Assembly (NCBI RefSeq): GCF_018977255.1
Contig: NW_024704742.1
Coordinates: 130,140,001 to 130,204,000, forward strand
Reading direction: 5' to 3'
Source: Callorhinchus milii
Lineage: Eukaryota
Length of the DNA: 64,000 bases
The translations under genes and the position numbers were made by a program. Positions 48,780 to 59,408 of this stretch are shown here, one piece after another. Each line of letters starts with the position of its first letter. Within the stretch, counting starts at the first letter, position 1. The notes under the pieces were generated by a model. It was not told where the DNA came from. It made no database searches and saw only the letters and a list, made by a program, of their open reading frames with translations.

Positions 48780-49120
48780 AAGTGGGAATGTGGGTTTGAG
48801 CCCCACATCAGGACTTTGAACTCACATATTCTATCCAGGTTAACACTCCAAGGCAATGCTGGGGGGAGTTGCATTGCTCGAGGCAATGTCCTTCAGATGA
48901 AATGTTAACACGAGCTCCCATCTGCCTGTTCGGTTGGATGTTAAAGATCCAGCAACTCAAGAAGTGAAGGGACTTTCTCCTGGTGTCCTGACCAACAATC
49001 CCCCAGAGAAAACGAATCACTGACTGACAAATTAATGAATCATTGGCTGTTTATAGAACATTACTGTGCGCAAATTGGCTGCCGCGTTCGCCTACAAATT
49101 ACATAGTGACTAGACTTTAC
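48780..49120 (+). mobile_element. Older SINE family (SacSINE1/DeuSINE-like), degenerate
   Basis: CAGATGAAATGTTAA...CATCTGCCTGTTCGGTTGGATGTTAAAGATCC core; other copies near 5290, 31140, 51700, 58370. Confidence 0.65.
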
Positions 49121-49877
49121 CCATGTGTGCACTTTTCCAGAATGTGGGAAGGGGACACTTGATATGCAAGAGGGAGAACATTAGCAAGTTTTTTCCGCCT
49201 CCATGACCCATACATAGGATATAAAACCTAACACAGCGATTTAATCCATTCACTCAAAGACTATCATCCTTGGGAGGTGGAAGAGGTAAGCGGGGTCTCC
49301 TTGGTTCCAAGGTGATGTGTTTGGCTACAGAATGTCAGAATTAAGTCAACCCTCTGTGGGGGGGTTTGTAGAAGTCTGATTCATGATACAAGCGGGTTTG
49401 CAGTACTCCAGGGCACTGCTGATGACAGCACTGGTTCAGCAGGACTAGGAGGGGCAAAGCAGTCACTGGAAGCAGAGTCAAGTCTCAGGACATCCTTCTG
49501 ACGTGAAAGCCGCTATACAAATGTAATTTGTTGTTGTCTTGATAACTCTGCAAGCCAAAGCCCGAATGGGCTCAGTGGTCCTTGCTGATCAAGTATGGGA
49601 ACACTTGCCAGAAAGTGCTCTCAATGGCAAGCTATATGGTTTTAATAATACTAATACTTGCATTTGATGTAGCGCCTTTTCACATCGTCGAGACGTGTAA
49701 AAGCAGGATTACACATTACTGTAAAATGGATTGACTGTATTTTGTGAGTGAAATGTGGCAGCCAATTTGCACACAGCAATGTTTCATAAATAGTCATGTT
49801 TGGGGACATTTGGGGAAAAATCAAAGAGTGACCAATTGGGGGGATTTGTTGGAAACAACATCAAGAGAAACTCCCGA

Positions 49878-50085
49878 ACAAAAATAGTGAGAGCTGGGAA
49901 AACTCAGCAGGTCAGCGGAGAAAGGAAAGTGAGTCAACGTTTCAGAGGGATGACCCCACGTGCACAATGTTTCTGTTCTGACTCACTTTCCTTTCTCCAT
50001 AGATGCTGCCTGACCTGCTGAGTTTTCCCAGCTCTCTCTGTTTTTGTTTCAGATTACCAGCATCTGCAGTATTTTGTGTTTTGTT
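49878..50085. mobile_element. Penelope-like palindromic repeat, copy C
   Basis: GAGAGCTGGGAAAACTCAGCAGGTCAG / CTGACCTGCTGAGTTTTCCCAGCTCTC inverted arms. Confidence 0.6.
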
Positions 50086-51896
50086 GAGAGAAACTCCCTT
50101 CTTTTTTGAATAGTGCCATGGGACCTTTAACATCTATCTGAACAGGCAGATGGGACCCCGGTTTAATGTATCATCCAAAGGACGAATTTAGTTTGTTGAT
50201 CTCCAACTGTTCCCCAAAACACACTCTGGGGTCCCCAAACCTTGGCTCTTACCATTGTGCTCAATACTCTCCAGAATTAGATAAGCAGGGTCCATCCCTT
50301 CAGAGAGAGAACATTCCAAATACATGGACATTTCCAGGTGTATCAGACATACATGTGTGGAACTCTCAGATTGGTTTGGATGCTCTTAAGCCTGGTGATG
50401 GGTTTCCACATGCATCAGACTGACCCAAGAAGAAAACATTCACTCAAAGAGGAAACAATGAGACTAGAAACTGAAAAAAAAAAACAATAAAATCCTAGGT
50501 TTGACATAAAACACTACAATATGTATTTCAAACATAATGTCTACAGAGACGTGGAAATCTATCCTGGCTTAGGCAGGCATACCGAGGCATTCTCTCTATG
50601 CATGAAAAGCTGATGACCGCATGTGTAATTTCCCATTCCCATCATTTTTGTGAATGCTTATTTTTTTTTCTCTTTCTTTCATTCATCTCTTCTCTCTCTT
50701 TTTCTCCCTCCGTTCACCATACCTTATCTTAGTTCCTCATTTTCCAATGTTTTATGTCTCGTAGGCCAGTGTGCTGTTCACATAGCCACTGAGTGTAACT
50801 GGACCCCACTGTATCCCATTGCAGCATCATAAGGTATTTGTGACACTTCAGGTTATTCTCAGTTCCTGGATATTGTGACATCATGAGGCTATTAAAATAG
50901 TCCTTGCAATTGATACAGCATCGACATGTCTCAAAGGGCTTTTTAGGTATCTGCTATCAAATGTAGTGACTGTCCAATTGTAGGCAAATACTACTGTATA
51001 GTTTGAGCACAGCAAGGCTCCTCAAACAGCCATAAAGTGAACAACAATCTTATATTCATATAGCGTCTTTCATCTCATGAGGACATCTCAAATCTCTTCA
51101 AGCAGTTGACCCGGAAGAGAGGATTTATCTGGAGGATTGTTGGCAAGGACCCCGGGAGAAACTCCCTTCTCTTTTTGAACTGCATTGTCAGATCTTTGAC
51201 ATCTAACTGAGGACCGGCAGATGGGACCTTGGTTTTATGACTCACCCGAAGGAGGGCACCAATGTTTCAGCGTTCTCCTAGCTCTGTACTGGTGTGTCAG
51301 TTTAGACTTTGAGCTCAAAGTCACATTTAATAGTTTCATGGACACCTCTCGAGCTGTTCAGCTGCCATAATCATTGAGCCATTCAAACTTTATTTCACCC
51401 TACCTCTCCCATTCTCCTCTGTTTCTATTGCTGGGGTAACATTCTACAAACACCACACCCTCTTCCATCTCACTTAAATGGGTTTCTTTCTTTCAATGTG
51501 CAAGCCTCGTCAGCTTGGATGAGGTGAAAGCACCCGCATCTCTGAGTCAGAAGAATGCGAATTCAAGCTCATAGGGGCTTTCAGCTCATAGTTCAGGCTG
51601 ATATTCTAGTGCAGTACTGATGGAGCCACTACATTGTCAGACATTAAAGATTCTATAACATTGTTTGAAAAGACTAGGGCGTCTCCAATATCTTCCACAT
51701 AAATTTGTCATTCATATGACAGAAACAACCATGAGGTGAATGACCATTTTTATCTGGGGGATTGTTGGCCAGGAGAAACTCCCTTCTCTTTTCAAATAAT
51801 GCCATGAGATCTGTAATGTCCACCTGAATAGGCAAGATGGAAATTTGGTTTAACGTCTCATCCGAAGAACAGCACTTCCGACAATGCAACACACCT

Positions 51897-54800
51897 ACAA
51901 CAACAACAACAACAACAAGATTCCATTTATAAAGCGCCTTTCACGTCAGGAGGACGTCCCAAGGCGCTGCACAGTTGGGTCATGACCCGAGCAGGGGGGA
52001 AATGGTCAGGGGAGGGGAGGGAGCGAGGAGGGGGGAAATGGTCAGGGTGAGGGGAGGGATGGGAGGGAGCGAGAAGGGGGAAGAGAGTCGAGAGGGGAGC
52101 TGAAGGCTCGGTCAAAGAGAAAGGTTTTGAGACCGGCCTTGAAGGAGGAGAGGGAGGAAGCAAGGCGAAGGCACTGGGGATAGAGTTCCAGAGCCTCGGG
52201 GCTGAGAGGCTGAAGGCCCGACCACCAATGGTAGGGCGATTGGGGCGGGGGACGTGGAGCAGACCGGAGCCGGAGGAACGGAGGGTACGGGCAGGTAGGT
52301 AGGGGGATAGTAGGTTGGAGAGGTAGGAGGGAGCAAGGCCGTGAATGGCCTTGTAGGTGAGGATGAGGATCTTGAAATCAATCCTCTGGGGGATGGGGAG
52401 CCAGTGGAGGCGAGCGAGGGTGGGAGTGATGTGGTCCCGAAGCCTGGTGCGGGACAGTACACGAGCTGCAGAGTTCTGAATGACCTGCAGCTTGTGGAGG
52501 GAGGTGGCGGGAAGGCCGACGAGGAGAGAGTTCCCATAGTCCAGCCTTGAGGTGACAAAGGCGTGAACCAGGGTTTCAGCAGCGTGAGGGGTGAGGTAAT
52601 GGCGTAGTCTGGCGATGTTCCGGAGGTGATGGAAGGCGGTGCCAGTTGTGGTGCGGATGTGAGGGAGAAAGGACAGCTCAGGGTCGAACAAAACGCCGAG
52701 GTTCCTGACTGGCTTTGAGAGGTGGAGAGTGCAGCCTTGGATGCTGATGGTGTCGGCGCCTGAGGTGCGGAGGCGCTGACGTGAGCCAATCAGGAGGGCC
52801 TCGGTTTTTCGCACGTTGAGCTGAAGAAAGTTGTCTCTCGTCCAGGACTCGATGTCGGACAGGCAGGCTGTCAGGACATCGGTGGTCGTGGAGTTGAGAG
52901 TAGAGGAGGAAAGGTAGAGTTGGGTGTCATCCGCATACATGTGGAAGTTAACTCCATGTCTGCGGATGATGTCACCAAGGGGGAGCATATAGAGGGTGAA
53001 GAGGAGGGGACCGAGGACAGAGCCCTGAGGGACACCACATGAGACAGTACGGGGGGTGGAGGAGAAGCCATTCGTCGAGACAAAGTGAAGACGGTGAGAA
53101 AGGTACGACCTAAACCACTCAAGGACAGTGCCTTGAAGGTTGAGGTGGGAGGACAAGCGGTGGAGTAGGATAGCGTGGTCGACCGTATCGAATGCTGCCG
53201 ATAGGTCGAGGAGGACGAGGAGGCAGAGGGAGCCCTGGTCACAGATGGTCAGGATATCATTGGTGACCTTGACCAGGGCAGTTTCTGTGCTATGGGCAGC
53301 ACGGAAACCTGACTGAAGGGGTTCGAAAAGAGAATGGGTGGAAAGGAAAGAGCGCAGTTGGGAGGCGACAACTCTTTCCAAGACCTTGGAGAGAAAGGGG
53401 AGGTTGGAGATGGGCCGGTAGCTTGATAGCTGCGACGCATCAAGGGAGGGTTTTTTCAGGGTGGGCGTGATGGTGGCAGTTTTTAATGGAATGGGGACAG
53501 AGCCAGAGGAGAGGGACAGGTTGATGATGTCAGTGATATGTGGGGCAAGAAAGTGGAGCTGGGAGATAAGGAGTGGAGTGGGGATGGGGTCAAGGGAGCA
53601 GGTGGTTGGTTTTAGGGATAGGATGAGTTCAGTGACAGAGGGTGGGGAAACGGGTACGAAAGTGTGTAGGGGAGGATGGGTAGGAGTCGGAGTGTGGGAG
53701 TGAGGGGGTGGGGGGTTGGTGGATGTTGGAGGGGAAGTGACCGCGGAGCGGATTCCCTTGATCTTGGATTCAAGGAAATCCAGCATCTCCTCGCAGTGAA
53801 GGTTGGAGGAGATGACCTGCGCGGGGTGGCGGGGGGACGGAGGAGTCGGGTTGTGGTGGAAAACAGTAGCCTGGGGTTGTTCTTCGCCTCCAGGATTATC
53901 CTGGAGTAGAAGGACGACTTGGCCAAGGCTAGAGTGGAGCGGTAAATTTTGAGGAGGTCCAGCCAGATTTGTCGGTGGACCGTTAGGCCAGATTTGACAT
54001 TCAGCAGCCCGCACCTGGCTTTTCAGTGAGCGGAGGTGTGTGGTGTACCAGGGGGAGGAGCGGGAGTAGGAGACAGTGCGGGAAGTGATGGGGGCAAGAG
54101 TATCGAGTGTGGAGGGGAGGGTATTGTGGAGGAGGGAGAGAGGAGAAGAGGGGTCGGTGAGGGTTGAAGGCCAGAGGGAGAGGAGTTCAGAGGACTCCAA
54201 GGCATCGGTTAGGGATTGTGGGGGTAACTTCTTCCAAGGGCGGTAGAAGATGGTGGTGGGTCTGGTGGAGGTGGGGAGGGGGGTGGAGGTGGTGAAGGAG
54301 ATGAAGTAGTGGTCAGAGATGGCCTTGTCGGTAATAGTGACATCCGAGACACTGAGGCCCCGGGTGATCACCAAATCGAGTGGGTGGCCGTGACTGTGAG
54401 TGGGGGAGTTTATGTGTAAGGAGAGGTTGAGTGAGGAGAGCAGGGAAGAGAAGTCTGTGGAGATGGAGCAGGAGGGGGTGAAGTGTAGGTTAAAGTCGCC
54501 CAGGATGATGAGGCGATCAGAGCAGAGGCAAAGAGATGTGAGGAGTGTTGAAATGTCAGAGATGAAGGTGGGAGAGGTTTTAGGGGGCCGGTAGAGGAGG
54601 AGGATTTTAAGGGAGAGGAATGAGGGGTGGGAGAGGGTGAGGTGCTCAAAGGAGGGGAAAGAGCCAGTGGAGTAGGGGATAGGGCAAGTGGTGTCCTTGA
54701 GATAAGGGCAACACCACCGCCACGGCGGTTGGGGCGGGGGATGTGGTGGGAGGTGTAGCCGGGTGGCGTGGCCTCCGTGAGGGGGAAGGTGTCGCCTGGG

Positions 54801-55612
54801 GTGAGCCAGGTTTCTGTTAAGGCCATGATATCAACGTTCTCATCAAGGATGAGATCGTTGATGACCAGGGCCTTGTTGCAGAGGGAGCGGACATTTTGCA
54901 GTCCGATGTGGAGGGAGCGGTTGACAGAAGGGTGTGTGGGAGGGGAGGGGGTCCAGGTTGTGAGGCAGGGGTGGGGGGAATGGGGATGAGGGAGGAGAGG
55001 TTGACTCCCCGGGTCTGTGTCCGGGGTGGGTGGCGAGTGTGGTGGGGAATGGGGCAGTCGGTGTGGCTGCTGCTGGACAGCCAACGCCGAGTGCCACGGT
55101 GAGCCCGGCGGAGGATTCCCAGGCTGGAACAGAGGGAGGTTGTGGGAGGGTCAAGTGGGGATAGAAGACGAGAGGGACGGAGAGAGAGGAGGAGAGAGCG
55201 GGAGAGATGCAGAGGGGGGAGGGTTTGGGGGGAGAGAGGAGGGGGCGGGAGGGAGGGGGTGAGGGGGCTCGGGTCAAAGCGGCAGCCATAGTGCGCACGC
55301 GGGGACCGGGAGCGAGCGGTCAGGTGGATGGCATTATCCCGTAGATTGGGGCAGCGAACCCAACAGGACCATAGTGGGCTCTGATGTGAGCCCTGGGGGG
55401 GGGGGGGCGCGCAGAGGTTTTTTTTTTTTTTTTTTTTTCGCGCACGCACGCACCTGAAAACTAATCTATGACGTCGCAGTTCCCCCGCTCCGCCCCCACA
55501 CCGCCCCTCCCCCCCCCCCCCCGGGGCTGAACTCGCTCCGGCGTCGAGTTTAAGTACCTGGGTCAGTAGGCCCAGGCTCCTCCCCGCGCTGTCCTGCCGC
55601 CCCTCCCTCTAG
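51897..55612 (-). mobile_element. Near full-length L2-clade LINE (APE endonuclease + RT, several frameshifts, no ORF1 seen)
   Basis: Endonuclease motifs QNVRSL, LTETWL, GGGVAL, GDFN, SDH; RT motifs [42 protein letters not shown]; 3' stem-loop and (TTG)n tail; GC-rich 5' UTR. Confidence 0.95.
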
Positions 55613-56256
55613 CTAGCTCTGGATTGGAGTGTCAGCTTATGTGAATTCAAAATCTCAACATGGGACATGAATATACAATCTTTTGACACAGAATTAAGAG
55701 TACTATCAAATGAACCAAGTTGATAACTATTGGATGTATTGTACATCAACATTACCCAAACCCAATTTGCTGCTCTGGATTACATTGCTACTTGAGCCAC
55801 AGATATTTATGTCCACCGAGATATTGATATGGTGTTAAAAATTTTGTACATTGAATATAACAAAGGCATTAAATTTAAACAGACAAATAATAATCATAAA
55901 CATGCTTATTAATGATCATAACACCAAATTCTGCAATATAAAATAATTCTTAAATTATATTGAATATACAGAAATTATAGCAATAGCAATTGTTTTTTTC
56001 TTTCCTTATTTCTGACATATTTTAGCACAAAGAAAATACTTTGAAATAACACTGATTTATACAGTATTCAGTATACAGTATCATACTATTATTCAGTATA
56101 AATATTCTAGATGTAAATCGCACTGTGTTAGCTTCCCCATTCTCAATTCAAAGCTGAATATTAAAATTCATATTTGTTTTCTGGTCTTCGTGCAAAGAGA
56201 TGTAATCTGTTAATTATAAAACAGGGCATCCACTCTACATTACAATACTGCCACAA

Positions 56257-56630
56257 ACTACAACAACAAGATTACATTTGTATAGCACCTTTCACGTCGG
56301 GAGGACGTCTCAGGGCGCTGGACAGTATATAGCATTTCAGACCCGAGCAGGGGTCGGGGGGGAGAGGGGAGGGGAAGGGGGGTGGCCGATGGCATGGTCG
56401 AAGAGGAGGGTCTTGATGCAGGACTTGAAGGAGGCTAAGGAGGGGGTGAGGCAAAGTGATTGGGGGATGGAATTCCAGAGGTTGGGGGCAGAGTGGCTGA
56501 AGGCTCTCCCACCAATGGTGGGGCGGGTGGGTCGGGGGGCGTGGAGCAGCCGGAGCCGGCTGAGCAGAGGGAGCGGGCGGGTTGATAGGGGGTTAGGAGG
56601 TCGCAGAAGTAGGGTGGAGCGAGGCCGTGG
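56257..56630 (-). mobile_element. L2 LINE 3' fragment
   Basis: HGLAPPY...GGRAFSHSAPNLWNSIP; tail at 56257-56320. Confidence 0.9.
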
Positions 56631-56824
56631 AGTATTAACACAACTTAAATGTACAGTACAGTGAAAACCTTGATTATTCACCAATTTATTATTATTATAT
56701 TCACCAATTTCAATTACCAAGTAGGGGGAATGCCTGGCATGAGAATTAAAGTTTTGTTCTATTTAGACTTGCACATAAAGACATTAAACTCAAGCTCAAT
56801 ATGAAAGCAACAATTCTGACAGCC

Positions 56825-56890
56825 TGAAAAAAGATTGAGGGCACTGAAGCCCAAAAAGGCCAAAAAGCCCGAGACGATTGAAATGTACAA
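56825..56890 (-). pseudogene. Relic duplicate of the Bcl-2-like transmembrane exon
   Basis: LYISIVSGFLAFLGFSALNLF aligns ungapped to MNIAIASGFLFMFGTVLLKLL (9/21 identical); AA in place of acceptor AG; TCA in place of TGA. Confidence 0.5.
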
Positions 56891-57067
56891 TTTAAATAGT
56901 AACAAGCACTTATTTTTCAGCAAGAGCACAGGGGTGTTCACCCTGAGTCTATGTTTTTGGGTGATCATAGCTTCATGTCTTTTTTCCCCTTCAAAGTTCC
57001 TGTAATAAGAGAAATATATTGAATCATTACTAGTGCTGGAAGACTTGATGGCTTTCTTACCATCAAG

Positions 57068-57418
57068 GAGTCCTGTAGCATATTGGTAAGATCACTTGCC
57101 TCGCAAGCGAGAGGGCCTGGGTTCGATTCTCGAACAAGGCAATACCTTAGGCAAGTTTCCCTACTACATACGCCTGTTTACCTAGCATTAAGTAGGTTGT
57201 TAGTCGATTGGCGGATCGCTTTCTGGGATAATAATCCTTTAAAAAACAATTGCGTCACTTCAATCTACAACTGTTTGTGGGACACTGCAGTGCGCAATTT
57301 GCTGTCTTATTTCGCGCACAAAATACAGTCAATTCACTTTACAGTATATTCTATGAAGCGCTTTAAGCCACCTCAACAATTTGATAAGGCCCAAAGTCAA
57401 ATGCAAGGATTATTATTT
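57068..57418 (+). mobile_element. tRNA-derived SINE, long subfamily
   Basis: GGAGTCCTGTAGC head through GCAAGGATTATT tail. Confidence 0.88.
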
Positions 57419-58155
57419 GTATTGTCAGGAATGTTTTAAGCTCTTGGTTGTTTGCCAATAACAACAACTTGCATTTATACAGCGCCCTTCATGTTAGGTG
57501 AGTTGCTTGCAGCACTGAGATTGCCAGAAATTACTTTTACTAGGAGAATTCTGCTGCAGGAGACATTAAATCTTTGCTTAAATTGTAATGACACTAAAGA
57601 TGTCACAGGAGCATGGAGGGGTGAACTTCTCATTCAGAGCAAATGTGGGGAAATTCCACTTTGAGAGCTCAAAATTCCACCTAGTCTTACCCCATAATAC
57701 ATTTTTGCCTTAAGGTTTTAAATTTTGCAGAAACATTTTGTGGAAAAATCTTAAATTTAGTCATGATTTGCAACGCATTTTTTTTTACAAATTGGGAAAA
57801 TATTGATTTTAAAATGATTTAAGATTCTGCACGATCTTAAATTTTAAGACAAAATGATATACAGACACGATAGGCCAAATGACCTTCTGTGATGTAAATT
57901 TCTATGTGTCTATGCTACAGCTGGATGTCTGACACACATGGAAACGATGCAATACAATATAAATTTACATTTATATAGCGCCTTTCATGTCAGGAGGATG
58001 TCCCAAGGTGCTTAACAATATTGGTTTGGCACCCAAGCTGGGGGTGGGAGTCAAGAGGGAGGGGGAGGGGAAAGATGACCGAAAGCACAGTCAAAGAGGT
58101 AGGTCATGAGACAGACCTTGAACGAGGCGCGGGATGGAGCCAATCAGACATACTT

Positions 58156-58186
<31 letters not shown>

Positions 58187-59342
58187 AACAAGATTACACT
58201 TGTATAGCATCTTTCACATCGGGAGGACATCCCAAGGGATGGAATTTCAGAGAGTTGGAGCAGAAAGGCTGAAAGGCCGATGATGGGTCGGGTAGGGCAG
58301 AGGACATAAAGCAGGCTGGTGCTCAAGGGAGTAGCTGGGTCACATTGAGACTTGGAAAACATATAGTCTGAGGTAACACTTCAAAGCAGTGTGGGAGGGG
58401 GGCTGCTGAATTGTTGGAGGTGCCATTCTTTGGATGCGATGTTAAATTAAGGTTCTATCTGCCTATTCAGGTAGACGATAAAGATACCATGGATTTAAAA
58501 AAGAGGAGTTTCTCCCAGTGTCCTCGCCAACAAGCCCCAAATAACATTGGTGATTCACTTCAAGGCTGTTTGCAGGACATTCGTGTGTGGAAATTGGCTG
58601 CTGCATTTGCCCACAAAATACAGTCACTCCACCTTACAGTATCCTGTGAAGCACTTTGGGACATCTTCAGAAGTAAAAAAAAATCCAAATATTATTATTA
58701 ATTATTATTACCTAATTCTGGATTTTAGGTGCAGGTTGGCAAATAAAACAACAAGACTTCCTTAAGAAGTCCCAGGGTGTGCATTGCATTTTGAGCCGTC
58801 TAGAAGACGTGAAAAGCACTATATCAAATGCAAGGATTATTATTATTATTATTATTGGGGAATTGTAGGAAAGGCTTTGAACATGAGTAGAAGGGATATT
58901 CCCTGAATTCTACATTGAAAGAGAGACAGTGACATATATGCAATACAATCCACCTTCCATTCGGTGGCTCTGAAAGGAAAATATAGGGGACAGAAGGCAC
59001 AGTACCACTTAATTTTAGACATTAAAATATAATTTAGTTAGAAGTGACATTGAACATTCATTTGAAGGTCACGTGATTGAAGATGTAAGGACTTTATGAG
59101 AATGGGAGAGTGATGTTCAGTTATATTCTTATTAATCTTAATACTCTTATATTAGCTTCCACTCCCAGGGATGAGAGGTTTGATTCATCCCTCTGTGAGT
59201 TAAGGCTTTTGAAACTTAGAAAGTGTAACTCAACGGTTTTCTCTAAATGAAACTGAACTCAACTATTTTCTGGAAGTGAAATTCAATTCTGCTACCAATA
59301 TTTTATATATTAACTACTTACATCAGTGCAGCAGACACAGAG

Positions 59343-59408
59343 TCACAGCAGTTTCAGCAAAACAGTTCCAAACATGAAAAGGAATCCAGATGCAATGGCA
59401 ATATTCAT
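59343..59408 (-). CDS. Bcl-2-like coding exon 2 (transmembrane anchor)
   Basis: Strong acceptor, phase 0, 21 hydrophobic residues, TGA, then donor GAT|GTAAGT 21 nt later (exon ends 59322); next acceptor TTATTACAG| at 56999. Confidence 0.7.
   Translation of the reverse strand: MNIAIASGFLFMFGTVLLKLL

Noticed and set aside
55320..55475. HDV-like or hammerhead ribozyme in the L2 5' UTR
   Set aside because: GGG-TTCGCTG-CCC resembles P3/L3, but no consistent P1/P2/J4-2 was found; CTGATGT is not the CTGANGA core
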